Assembly: GCA_036867785.1 (NCBI GenBank)
Contig: CP145419.1
Coordinates: forward strand, 1,116,001-1,180,000
DNA from: Plasmodiophora brassicae
Taxonomy: Eukaryota
Length of the DNA stretch: 64,000 nt
Direction of reading: 5' to 3'
The first letter of the stretch is position 1, and each line of letters starts with the position of its first letter. Below are positions 1 through 10,115 of this stretch, piece by piece. Position numbers and translations under genes: made by a program. The notes beneath the pieces were generated by a model. The model was given only the letters and a program-made list of their open reading frames with translations. It was not told the origin of the DNA and did not search any database.

Positions 1-552
1 ATTCTCGGGCGCGATCAAGGCGGCGCTGCGGGACGCGGTACGTATTCGACGGTTCTGGCGACTCCATTACTTACAATGCGTTCGGATGCAGTCCCAGTAT
101 CAAGTGCCTTCGCATCCGGCTGGCCCCAATGGTACGCAACGACAGCGTTTAACATCATGTGCCCTCATTGCGTTATGTATGAATATAGGCGGCCTTGCGG
201 GCAGGGGCGGTGGAGGGTACAACCGTTGTTGTTCACATCCAGTTGACATGCAGGTTTTAGGCCCTGAGGATGTTCGTGGGTGGCGGACAATGAAGCTCTG
301 CCACTTAGGCGATCCGGAAGGCATATTGGCGTCGTGGTTAACGGCGGATCGGCGCCCATCAAGAAACAGCTACCGTTCAATAAACCATTCGTTAATCTTA
401 TTCTATTCTATTGTTAACGGCAATACCAAATACGATAGTGTCTCAGAATCTGGGGTACCATTCTATTCTATTACTGGACGGAGGAAAAATTCAATCGAGA
501 TTTTTGGAGAATGCCCGTGGAGCGCATTTTTTGGGAAATCCGGTCCCGAAAA

Positions 553-664
553 CGGCACTTAATCGGCACTACCTAGTGCCGAATTGGTGCCGCTAAACGC
601 CGAAAAGGTGCCGATTGGGTAATGAAGGGGACGGCACTAATTCGGCACTGATATTTTTCCAGTG
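553..664 (-). mobile_element. Terminus of a CACTA/CMC-like DNA transposon with subterminal repeats
   Basis: Minus strand from 664 reads CACTGGAAAAATATCAGTGCCG. Seven copies of CGGCACT/(A/G)GTGCCG occur in both orientations (553, 564, 575, 586, 607, 632, 643). No partner end or transposase is visible. Confidence 0.5.
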
Positions 665-889
665 TGATCCCATGACGTCCATGAAAATCAGTGAAGCGGG
701 TCCCAACGTTTTGAGTACCCGGTCCTCAGCTATAGAAGACCATGATCCAGATCATCTTCGTAACGTTCACCATGAACCGATACGGTGGCGTCGTCCGTGA
801 TTAGGTCCCGACGCAACGTAGGAAGCGTATACGATTGTTGATTCCTACGAACCCACCAACCGTAAATCATGGATACCTTGCACCCATAC

Positions 890-2290
890 CTAATGTTTTG
901 TTCGTCGCTTCCGTTGCGCTTGTCGCTTCCCCGTATTCGTACGCTTTTGCATCGGCGCCATTTCTCGTAACGCCTCCGCTTGCGGATGATCATCTCCGAG
1001 ACGTCGTATAAGCTTCTGGACTAGTTCGGGAACATCTTCGTAGATGACACGAGCAGGTTCCCACGTTGCTTCCGCCTCGTCGAATCCAGACCATAGAACC
1101 TTGATCTGAAGTTCTTGCGTTTCTCGATCCACTCGACAGTCCAGTAGATCGTCCACCAACAGCTGGTTATCAGCGTGCTGGAGATGACGCTTGAGATCGA
1201 CGGTCATGTTCAGATCGGCGTCAGCGTATCGTCGAATTCGTTGTGAGTGTGCGTAGTGAGCGGGTCTTCCAGCTCGTACACTTGATCGTTGATCATCTTG
1301 ACGACTCGATATGGGCCTCGCCACTGGGCTATCAACTTCTGAGCAGGACCCGGTACCGGTTTTGCCTTGAGCACGTAGTCGCCAACGCTGAACGATTCGT
1401 AGTGGCTCTTGTTCAGGCGTCGTCGCTGTTGTCGCACATTAGACGCATGCCGTTGTGCCTTTGCTTCATCAACGGCCTTGTGAATCTCGTCGAGGACCTC
1501 TTGTAACGTCGGCACATACTTGGCGAATCCTTCAGGTGGTATGCGTCGCCATTGTCTCTCCTTCGGATCCCAGATCTGGTCGAGCGACGTAGTCGACTAA
1601 CTCCATGTCGGGACATTCCGTTGAGGCGTGCTTGATGCACCATTCGATTGCACGACGTTTCGATCTCGTGCACGTTGATTGGTCCCAGGTCGACTTCACT
1701 TGAAGATGGCTCAGCGGAGTCTGGTTCCTGAGGGGCTTGAAAGTAGTCGCTTCCAAGCGTTGCCATTCTAGCAGCAATGCGCCGCACAGTCTCGATTGAA
1801 TCGACGTCGACTGCCGCACATCCTGACAGCGTGTCCATCTCGGTACATCCTGATGCCATGATGTTCTCCAGCTGCTTATGCGGGTTGATGCCAAGCGCAG
1901 ATAGAAGATTGTCACCGAACAGGATCACTGGAATCGTGTCGCAGACGTAGTAGGTCACATGGTACAGCTTAAGGTTGCCAACCTCGGTCTCCAGAGTCGT
2001 GACTGGAACTTGTACCATTCTCGTGATCGTCCCGATGACCTTGCCCTCTGCGGAAGTGATGTCTCGTGGCTGGACGTCGCGAAATGTGGCATCATTCAAC
2101 TGGTCAGCGATATGGCCAGGTATGATATTTCCACCACGACAGCCCGAATCCAGTTCGTAGGGAACGCGCATGCCTTCCAGCACTACCCGTTGCAAATCGT
2201 CCTCAGTCCCAGTGTACCCATCAGTCTTCTGGACCGTTCGCGCCTTGCGACTGAGAAGCCATGACGTTGTAAACAGTTGCGACGCTCCGC
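890..2290 (-). mobile_element. Internally deleted Ty3/Gypsy (chromovirus-like) LTR retrotransposon relic: aspartic protease, integrase C-terminal GPY/F, chromodomain
   Basis: ORF 1413-2195 has the protease motif YELDSG. ORF 1210-1515 has FSVGDYVL...KLIAQWRGPYRVVK. ORF 890-1324 has a chromodomain (IKVLWSGFDEAEATWEP). RT, RNase H and integrase core are absent, and the pieces are frameshifted. Confidence 0.85.
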
Positions 2291-2316
2291 CGCGCGTTAA
2301 CGTGTAACGTGTACGT

Positions 2317-2355
2317 GTGGTTGGACGTAGTGGTTGGACGTAGTGGTTGGACGTA
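2317..2355 (+). repeat. Tandem repeat, 3 x 13 bp GTGGTTGGACGTA
   Basis: Exact copies at 2317-2329, 2330-2342 and 2343-2355, plus a degenerate copy near 2362-2374. Confidence 0.9.
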
Positions 2356-2598
2356 TACGTAGGGGTGGGACGTAGTGCGCACTGTAGTCCCGTGTCTGCA
2401 GACTCTTGACGGCACGTAATGACACAGAAACAGAATGACGTTTATCGATCGCATCGTCACGACGACGTCAGCCTCGCCACGTCATCATGCTAAATCGGGG
2501 CACGCAGTTTGTCTAAATATAGTCCAGGACCGTCAGGTCAAGTGGCAGCACGTTGATGTAGGGAACGAGACGCTATAAATAGAGCCCCGCTCTACAAC

Positions 2599-4317
2599 GT
2601 GGAGCAGTTCGAGTCGGCCGTTACGGCGGTGCATGCGGCGCGCGATCAACGTGGCAACTTTGAAGACGCGTGCAACGCCTGCTGGGACGCGTTCCAGGCG
2701 GCGCGTCAAGCGAGTGCCTGCGGCCGGCATGTTGGACAGCATGATGATTCTTGCGACACATGCTGGGCGACGTTCTCGAGATCGAATCAGTCTTTCGGCT
2801 GCTTTCATCACGTCGGACAGCCACGTCTGTGGCGGCGCGGCAATCCTGTGCTGAGTCAAGTTGCGGTCGACACCAAGCAATGGGTGAAACGCGAGACGCA
2901 GGGGTACAAGGCAGAGGGTAACTTCGCTCTGCTGCCTGACCAGGTGCTGGAGATCAGGCGGCAGCTCGTTGCGACTGGCTCCCTCCGAGACTATTCCACC
3001 TGGGTGTCGATCCTGCTGGGCGTCCACCTGTTCCTGCGGGCCGACGAGATCGTCGACATCGCGCTTGAAGATTTCTTGCTCGAGATGACGGCCAAGGACG
3101 ACCTGGACCGCGTCGATCAGCTCGTCGTGCAGGTCTGCGGCAAGTCGGAGAGGGCCAAGGCCGAGGGTCCCGTCAATCTGGTCTTGTACCGGCTTGATTC
3201 GCACCCGAAGCTATGCCCCATCCGGGCGTTGTTCACGCTGGTGTCTCGGACACGCATCAAGTCCGGGTTGGTCTTCGGCACGAAGCAACACCTTGACGCG
3301 ATCGACCGAGGCGCCGCTTCGTTCGAATCGTTCCCGGATGGATTGTCCTACGACGAGTTCAACGCCGAGTTCGTTCGTGTTTGCAGGCCTGTCGTCGGCG
3401 ACGACACGATGCACCGGTACGGCCCGCACTCGATCCGCAAGACGGCGTACCTGTTCGCCATCTGGGGTGGTGGCGACCTCGATCACATCAGGCAAGCGGC
3501 GCGCCACAAGACGCTCAAGAACGCGGAATTGTATTACCGCGATTCGAAAGCTCTGCTGGCCCGGGCGCGCAGGACGAACAGCCACGTACTGGCGTTGACG
3601 CCCAAGTGGGAGCCGATCTTCCTGGAGAACCTGCGCAACGCTCGGCGGATCGCTCTCGATAGCAGGTGCCCGCCGCAGTCGAGCTCGATACCCGGGTTGG
3701 CATCGACGTACGTCGCGACACAGCTCCGGGTCGATCCGGCGTCCGTGTCCCTGATGCAGCTCATCTCTCTGGCAGAGCGCGATATCCCTGAGACGCCGGC
3801 GTTTCAACAATTGGAACAACTGCTTCAAACGCATGTGCCCCAGCTGGCACAGACGATGATGTCGCTGGTTAACCAGGTCGTTCTCCAACGACTCAACAAT
3901 TCGGAATCTCAGCCAGCCATCCAGCAGCCACCGGCCCCGCCCCCAGTCCAACCGCCGATGGCGTCGTCATTGTCACCTCCGCCGCCGCTGCCGCAACCTG
4001 ATCCGAACGATGACAACCGGGGGCGCGCGAGGCGAGGCGGTAATGTCGATCTTCCTGGGCGTTCACAGCTGGCCAAGCTTTCGACTTCGTCGGAGAAGAT
4101 TGTGCTGCTTCTATCCATCGAGGCGTCGCTGCCGGCCAGCAAGAAAGACCTGACCGAGCGTGCCCGCACGTTCGTCAATCAGGTCGTGACGCCAGTGCTG
4201 CGGTGCTACCGCGAACATTGCGCCTCGTCGTTGCCCGAATTCGTCGACAAGTGGGGGGCCAACTTCTCACACTCCCGGTTTTCGAAGGGGTGCGGTTGTG
4301 TGGAGCCGGCCCAATAA
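2599..4317 (+). CDS. Tyrosine recombinase (Crypton-like / phage-integrase fold); true 5' end uncertain (ORF opens at GTG, possible acceptor TAG at 2559-2561)
   Basis: Catalytic residues occur in canonical order: LFLRADE (R, 3037), VCGKSE (K), LCPIRAL, GPHSIRKTA (HxxR, 3427-3438), ARHK (H, 3505), ELYYRD (Y, ~3532). There is a Cys/His-rich N-terminus, a Pro-rich linker and a C-terminal domain. The 572-codon frame is uninterrupted. Confidence 0.85.
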   Translation: MEQFESAVTAVHAARDQRGNFEDACNACWDAFQAARQASACGRHVGQHDDSCDTCWATFSRSNQSFGCFHHVGQPRLWRRGNPVLSQVAVDTKQWVKRETQGYKAEGNFALLPDQVLEIRRQLVATGSLRDYSTWVSILLGVHLFLRADEIVDIALEDFLLEMTAKDDLDRVDQLVVQVCGKSERAKAEGPVNLVLYRLDSHPKLCPIRALFTLVSRTRIKSGLVFGTKQHLDAIDRGAASFESFPDGLSYDEFNAEFVRVCRPVVGDDTMHRYGPHSIRKTAYLFAIWGGGDLDHIRQAARHKTLKNAELYYRDSKALLARARRTNSHVLALTPKWEPIFLENLRNARRIALDSRCPPQSSSIPGLASTYVATQLRVDPASVSLMQLISLAERDIPETPAFQQLEQLLQTHVPQLAQTMMSLVNQVVLQRLNNSESQPAIQQPPAPPPVQPPMASSLSPPPPLPQPDPNDDNRGRARRGGNVDLPGRSQLAKLSTSSEKIVLLLSIEASLPASKKDLTERARTFVNQVVTPVLRCYREHCASSLPEFVDKWGANFSHSRFSKGCGCVEPAQ

Positions 4318-4407
4318 ATTGGATGATTCGTTCCGGGCCTACCTGCGTTCCCAGCTGGCAATGCGTCGGTTTGCTTGCACCGCCCGGCTAAGTACATAGG
4401 CCTTAGC

Positions 4408-4445
4408 GGTCACAAAAGTGCGCAGTGCGCGCATTTTTTGTGACC
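4408..4445. repeat. Imperfect 38-bp palindrome downstream of the recombinase
   Basis: GGTCACAAAAGTGCGC-AGTGC-GCGCATTTTTTGTGACC. The outer 10 bp are perfectly complementary, and the inner arm pairs with a mismatch and a bulge. Confidence 0.85.
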
Positions 4446-4488
4446 CTCCTACCATCCTACCACGACCAGTAATGAAACTTTACAGACC

Positions 4489-6096
4489 GTGTCGGCGCCG
4501 GACGACGGCCGACGTGGCGGCGTCGGGCAGGGGGATGCTGCCGCGCTGGGTAAGCACCGTGACATGTTAAGTCGACATCAAGCACATGACGGCCCAGGAC
4601 GAGGAGCGGATCCAGCTGAGGGGAGAGATCGCGGAGCTCAACTGGATCTGGAGGAGTTCAGGGCGACTGCCCTCGCAGAGGACATGGTCAGTGAGCAGGC
4701 GAGCCGAACTCCGCTCGGCCCAGAAGACGCGGCGCCAGAAGACACGGTCAAGGCTCGGCTGGAGGCAGACGTCGCGGACGTGAAGGAGGAGCTGCGGGCG
4801 ACCAGGGCCCAGATCGCAGCGATATGTACAGGCCGGTGGTGCGCGTGCGATACAGGAGCGCGGCGAGTCAAGTGAGGCACCGCAGCGCGGTCTACGACGG
4901 GTTCCGAGTACCGGCCACGATCGACCTTACGGAATGCTCGAAGGATCCTTGGAAAGATTGGGTGGCAGTCAAGACCTGGTTCAAGCGACCAATATTGTCG
5001 CTGGTCAGACGCCTGGATGCGAGTCGGGAGGACGTTGATAACTACGTCCTCTCCAAGCGCATGCACACCGACCTGCGGGCGCACGTCACGGCGCCGAATT
5101 GGCTGTTCCCAACCGGTTTCATTCGTACACGTGCTCTGCAGAACCGATCCCTGGCTGCCACGCGACACAGACGTCACGTCGAACGCGTACTACGAGTGCA
5201 GCCCTGCATGTAGGACGCCATGCGGGCCACACCAGTACAGTCCACCGTACTGCTCGCGAACTTCTGGCGATGACTGTCGCGCCGGTCCAGCCTAGGTGCA
5301 CTTCCACTGAGCGTGCCGGATTCCGGCGACGTGGTCGGCGACGTCCGCGTTGGGCACCCACGTTTCCGCCGCTGCCCCCCACGGTGGCGGACGTGGTGCC
5401 TGCATGTGCTTCGGCCGTCGCAGCAAGGCCGCTCTCCGCTATAGGCGATGGTGCTACAAGCATAGGGAGATTCTGGAACGGCCGCGTTTGCGGAGAGTAG
5501 AGCAGGCGGCAGCCCGCCATGAGACGCGCGAGGCTCCCGGTACAACAGCAAGTGTTGGAATCCGAGATCGCCGACATTCTCAACGGCATGCCGCCGGTCG
5601 ATGGCAATGACGGCACTCCTGGCCGAATTGATCCCGTCTAATAACGTTGCTACAGGACGTCCAATCCAGGCAGCGTCGGTGGATTTCGCATCCATGGTCA
5701 CCATCGAGCAAGTTCGTCGAATTCGTGCAGGCAGCCATGTCCTGGTCGGCACTCACGGGCCGGGGTCGGATTGACCTACGTTCTATGGCTAGCCGGCGGC
5801 GCCGGTCTCGTGGAGCTGAAGACCGAGGCCGTCCTGCCGATCCGCAATTCGGGTGCGATGCGTTCGGGAAGACGTTCACGTGGGCCTACACCCTCAAGGG
5901 CCACTGACGCCAACGAAACGCGCAGCGGCCGTACAACTGCCCGAGTTGCCCGAAGCAGTACGTTCAGATCGGCAAGCGCAACATGCACGTGAAGCGCGTG
6001 CATGAGGACATGAAGCCGTGGCAATGTAACCTGCGCCCGAAACTGTTCCCGTGCCAGTCGCAGTGGACCGTTCATTAGAGGCATCAGCTGACGCAT
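4489..6096 (+). pseudogene. Decayed gene: coiled-coil fragments followed by C2H2 zinc fingers with in-frame stops
   Basis: 5848-6096 translates FGCDAFGKTFTWAYTLKGH*RQRNAQRPYNCPSCPKQYVQIGKRNMHVKRVHEDMKPWQCNLRPKLFPCQSQWTVH*RHQLTH (TGA 5905, TAG 6076). Upstream there are frameshifted coiled-coil-like pieces (EERIQLRGEIAEL; ARLEADVADVKEELRATR). Their linkage to the fingers is inferred. Confidence 0.6.
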
Positions 6097-6436
6097 GTGA
6101 CATGTGTAACGGTGGATTCATCCTCCATATCCCCAATCTCGTCTAGCGTATCAACAGGCCATTCATACGGACGAAACGGTCTGCTGCGCGCTGTGTACGT
6201 TGTGTTAGAGACTTGGGCGACCCTAGGTCACTTGTGTCCAGGCGATATCAAAGTGGATCTCCGGGCGCCCGGCGCCAGGCAACTACGCAGGACCTACAAT
6301 GGCGATGCCTTACGTGCTTGCAATCATGAGTCCACATCAAACATAACAAAGACTCTTATTGATATCAACGAAACACAGAACACAAATCTGGTGACGTAGC
6401 GCACAGAGGGTACATCAGTCGCGAGAATCCACACAG

Positions 6437-7066
6437 TCAGGGGACGCTTTCCGCTTTCGCCCACAGGATGCATTGGGAGGCGATATCGGAGGCGACCCGG
6501 AGACACTTCTGGTCGGAGGTGAAGGTGGATGCCAACCAGGCAGATCCGACGTCAACCGATCCGTATCGGCAGGAGGCGACGTACAGTATCGCACGCAGGG
6601 CTCCGAGGATACTCGGGCGGGATTCCCCAGCGATTTCCATGCATGTGCGACGCACTGTTTCGGCATCATAGCCGGCCCACCTTGGCTTGACGTTGTCCAT
6701 AATGATATCGACCAGATGCAGGGCGCTGTCATCATCCAGCTTGTCCGTCGCTGTGATAACACCGTCAAGGAGGGGAAGCCCCGATTCGAGCATCTCCGGA
6801 TGGCTCAAGCTCGGCGCCCATTGCAGGATGCGCATCTTGATCTCATCCGCGTCGCCCTTGTCGAGCAGATCCTGCCACGACCAGATGTTGTACTCCTGAG
6901 CCGCCACGGCGTCGTTGACGTCGGCACCAAAGTCAATTGGACTCATCAGCTCTTTGTAGTACTCGGCATCACTCATCCGGCCGACGTCGCCGTCGCCACC
7001 TGCCTGCACGGGCGCTAGAAACACGCTGACCGAGCAGGTCGCCAAGAACACGTGCGCCAACATCAT
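6437..7066 (-). CDS. Predicted secreted protein of unknown function (209 aa, intronless)
   Basis: ATG start, hydrophobic signal peptide MMLAHVFLATCSVSVFLAPVQA, plausible globular helical composition, no recognised domain. Confidence 0.7.
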   Translation of the reverse strand: MMLAHVFLATCSVSVFLAPVQAGGDGDVGRMSDAEYYKELMSPIDFGADVNDAVAAQEYNIWSWQDLLDKGDADEIKMRILQWAPSLSHPEMLESGLPLLDGVITATDKLDDDSALHLVDIIMDNVKPRWAGYDAETVRRTCMEIAGESRPSILGALRAILYVASCRYGSVDVGSAWLASTFTSDQKCLRVASDIASQCILWAKAESVP

Positions 7067-7322
7067 GCAGCCACCTGGTGAACTTTGCGTTGCTAATCGT
7101 GCACGCGGCCTCTACCACAGTGGTGCGTGAGCACAGGGTGGACATCTTCATCAGGCCTTAACACACTATCAACATCGGTCTGACTCGCCCTGGAGTCGCC
7201 AACCTGCGAGATCCCAGCACAAAGTCAAAGGTGACAGGCCGACACTGCCAGGCCGGGAGAAGCTGACCTTCTGGAAGCGGACCCGAGACCGAGGCGCCTG
7301 CTTGAAAAGCGCGAAACACAAT

Positions 7323-7347
7323 TAAACTAAACTAAACTAAACTAAAT
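7323..7347 (+). repeat. (TAAAC)n pentanucleotide microsatellite
   Basis: TAAAC x4 followed by TAAAT. Confidence 0.85.
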
Positions 7348-7402
7348 TCAATATCGGACAATCAAAGGTGGGCCACTGTTGTATGAAGAAAACGCGGTTC
7401 CG

Positions 7403-7972
7403 TTACGTTTCGTGCGAACGTCGACCGAGCAACGGCGCCAGCGATGGGTCATGGCCCTGCTGCGGATCATCGTCAGCTGGACTCGCTAATTGGGCGACGT
7501 TGACCGGACGGTTGATGGCTTGCCGTGCCCCGCGCAGAATGGCAATCGCCTTGTAGATAATGATGGCAGCAAGCATAACAAGGATGGCATGCGACGCCAC
7601 TGTAATCGTGCCCTCGGGCACCATGTCGTTCGCCTTTAGGACGATGATGACGAGCAGAGCGAGAACTACAGCACCGGCCAGCGGCCAGCACTCCTGATCA
7701 TCGGCTGTCATCCTGATGGTATCGGACCATACGGAGCCTTCGGACGTACATGCTGATAGCATGGACGTCACAAACGTTGCGACCTTCGGGAGGAGGGACG
7801 TGGCGACAGCGACCTGCGCGACGACGAAGCCGTTGCCATCGATCCCCACCCTCTGTAATATGCGACTGACAGTCCACAGTGGCCGGACATCCAGCTGGTC
7901 GATACCGATGTAGAGAAACGTTGCGGGTTTCCTATTCCGCCGGGACCGTCTCGTAACAATTTGCGTTCCCAT
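7403..7972 (-). CDS. Putative membrane protein (possibly a 3' exon or degenerate)
   Basis: Hydrophobic segments LAGAVVLALLVIIVL and AILVMLAAIIIYKAIAIL near the C-terminus. The 5' structure is unclear. Confidence 0.35.
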   Translation of the reverse strand: MGTQIVTRRSRRNRKPATFLYIGIDQLDVRPLWTVSRILQRVGIDGNGFVVAQVAVATSLLPKVATFVTSMLSACTSEGSVWSDTIRMTADDQECWPLAGAVVLALLVIIVLKANDMVPEGTITVASHAILVMLAAIIIYKAIAILRGARQAINRPVNVAQLASPADDDPQQGHDPSLAPLLGRRSHET

Positions 7973-8647
7973 TCGGAAACTGCGGGCGTGACCACCCTCT
8001 TAGGGCTGATGGCATGATGATACAGTGCCGTGTCCACGTTCCGCCTGCTCATCACTCCACAGTACGTGAAGACGACGCCCGCACGGTGGGGCTTGAGAAG
8101 CGAGGGGGAATGGCGTGGTACGGTTACGACTTTGCAGCGACCTCACGATCACGGCGGGTGCCGTCACGACCTTGATGCGCTGTGCCGGCGGCCGTGCTCG
8201 TCGTCGGCGGCTACGTCGTCGCGGTGGATCGAGCGGAGACGCTGACGCTGGACGAGAGCACCGGCAACAGCAGCTAGCTGTTCGGCCGCTTACACGACGC
8301 AGTAGGTGTAGAGCGCCACCTGTACTGTACGGCATGTCAACCAGGCCGGTTCGTCTTCGGCGTCGCCCCGAGGACATGACGCACCGACCCACATCGGACA
8401 TGGCCAGGACGCGTTCGGGTCCCGGTCGATTCGGGGCGAGCCGTTACAGCCGCTCGCCTGCTGGTGGACGATGCTGTGGACGACCACATGTGCGGTCAGG
8501 TTCCTGGAACGCCTGGGGACTGGGTCTCTGCGAACCTGGACGCCGAGCAGGGATTTGATGTCCAGCGAATGAGCACTTACCTACGAACGACGCGATACCT
8601 ACGGCGCCCCCTCCCCCTCCTCATTCTGGGGGAACGCGGTCGCGGGC

Positions 8648-9552
8648 GTGGCGAATGCAAGCCCGGTCCAGCTGGCTCCTCTCGATGATAGCGCCAATGA
8701 TGATCCGCCACAGGCCCCGGCTCCGATCTCGCTGATTCCGAAGGTGCCGAGAGTTTTTCTTCGAATGCACGCGCTAATCGCAGCTTATGGTGTACAGGGA
8801 CGTCGGTATCCTTTGCAAAGCAGGCGGTCAAGGAAGGCTTAGGACAACGCCGACCGCGAGCTGATCTGGCGGGAGCTGGAGTCCCGGGGATCTGAGGCGA
8901 TCATCGTCTCCAGTATGCAGTCGCTCTTCGGCGTGTTCGCGGTCGTCCTGCTCGTCGATGGTCGTTCACAATTAGGACCGATACGAATGGCGACCGGTGT
9001 CGCTCAAGGTGTCGTCAATGCGCCTGACACCTGCTGGACAATAATTACTCGCTGCACGAACGGCTTCGGGCAATTGCTGGCCCCGACTACCCAGAACTGG
9101 TGAAAATTCGCATTCCGATGATATCGTTTGCTGACGATCAGACGCTCTTCAGCCGCGCTGACCGCCCGTCGGTTATGCAGGCAATGCTCGACGAGTGCCA
9201 CAGGTGCTCGATCGAATATATATCGCTACAGGTACAATTGTGAACAAGTGCGTCCTGAGGGTGCCGAAAGCGACCCTTCGTCGACGGAGAAGTTCGAACC
9301 GTGAAGGTGCTGGGCGACGTCTGCATCAAGAATGGGCGAATCAACCACGCTGCGCAACTCAGGACGAGGACGGCGAAGGCCAGGTGGACGTTATATTCGC
9401 GTTGAGCCAATCGGGTCGCTTCAAGACGAGGCACCTGCCCGTGAGCAAGAAGCGCGTCGTGTTTATGAGCTTTGTGCGATCGCAGCTGGAGTACGGCCTC
9501 TGCATCGCCAGCCACAGCAGCTCGACGCTGAGGGAGATCGACGCCTGGATCA
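8648..9552 (+). mobile_element. Degenerate non-LTR (LINE) reverse transcriptase fragment
   Basis: PISLIPK (RT motif 1), KA*DNADRELIW (KAYD-like, with stop), GVAQGVVNAP, SFADDQ, and downstream FMSFVRSQLEYG. Multiple frameshifts. Confidence 0.85.
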
Positions 9553-9554
9553 TT

Positions 9555-10115
9555 GTTCTCGGCTGTTCATCGACCTTCTCGGTCAGATAGAGCAGGAACC
9601 CGCCACGCACCACGTAGCTGTGCCTGCCGGATCGCCATCGGGACAATGCCGGCATATCGCATCATCAGGATCGACCCGGGACATGTGCGCATGACCCAGG
9701 AGCCGATCTCCCTCAGCGTCTTAGCTGCTGTGGTTGGCGATGCGCGCAGAGGCTCCAGCTGCGATCGCACAAAGCTCATAACACGGCGCGCTTCTTGCTC
9801 ACGTTCAGGTGCCTCGCCTTGAAGCGACCCGATTCAGGGACGGCAGGGCACGCTCAGGACGCACTTGTTCACATTGTACCTGTAGCGATATTCGATCGAG
9901 TACTTGTGGCACACGTCGAGCATTGCCTGCATAACCGACGGGAGGTCAGCGCGGCAGAAGAGCGTCTGATCGTCAGCAAACAATATAATTGGAATGCGAA
10001 GTTTCACCAGTTCTGGGCAGTCGGGGCCAGCAATTGCCGGAAGCCGTTCGTGCAGCGGGTTGTCCAGCATGGCGAACAGGTCAGGCGCATTGACGACACC
10101 TTGAGCGACACCGGT
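9555..10115 (-). mobile_element. Second copy of the same LINE RT fragment in inverted orientation, internally deleted
   Basis: Reads GVAQGVVNAPDLF...IILFADDQTLF...YNVNKCVL, then SFVRSQLE. 9847-10115 is the reverse complement of ~8993-9266, and 9690-9833 of ~9409-9550. Confidence 0.85.

Noticed and set aside
1-550. Coding gene or transposase in ORFs 86-562 and 100-324
   Set aside because: No recognisable motifs; likely transposon-internal non-coding sequence.
890-4317. Single DIRS/Ngaro retroelement combining the YR with the retro fragments
   Set aside because: The retro part has protease, GPY/F and chromodomain (Gypsy hallmarks) on the opposite strand, and no RT/RNase H is linked to the YR.
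2374-4424. AGTGCGCA direct repeat as proof of element ends
   Set aside because: An 8-mer match between two flanks of a few hundred bp is plausible by chance; kept only as supporting detail.
7323-7347. Interstitial telomere repeat
   Set aside because: The unit TTTAG lacks the GGG run typical of telomeric repeats and is very short.
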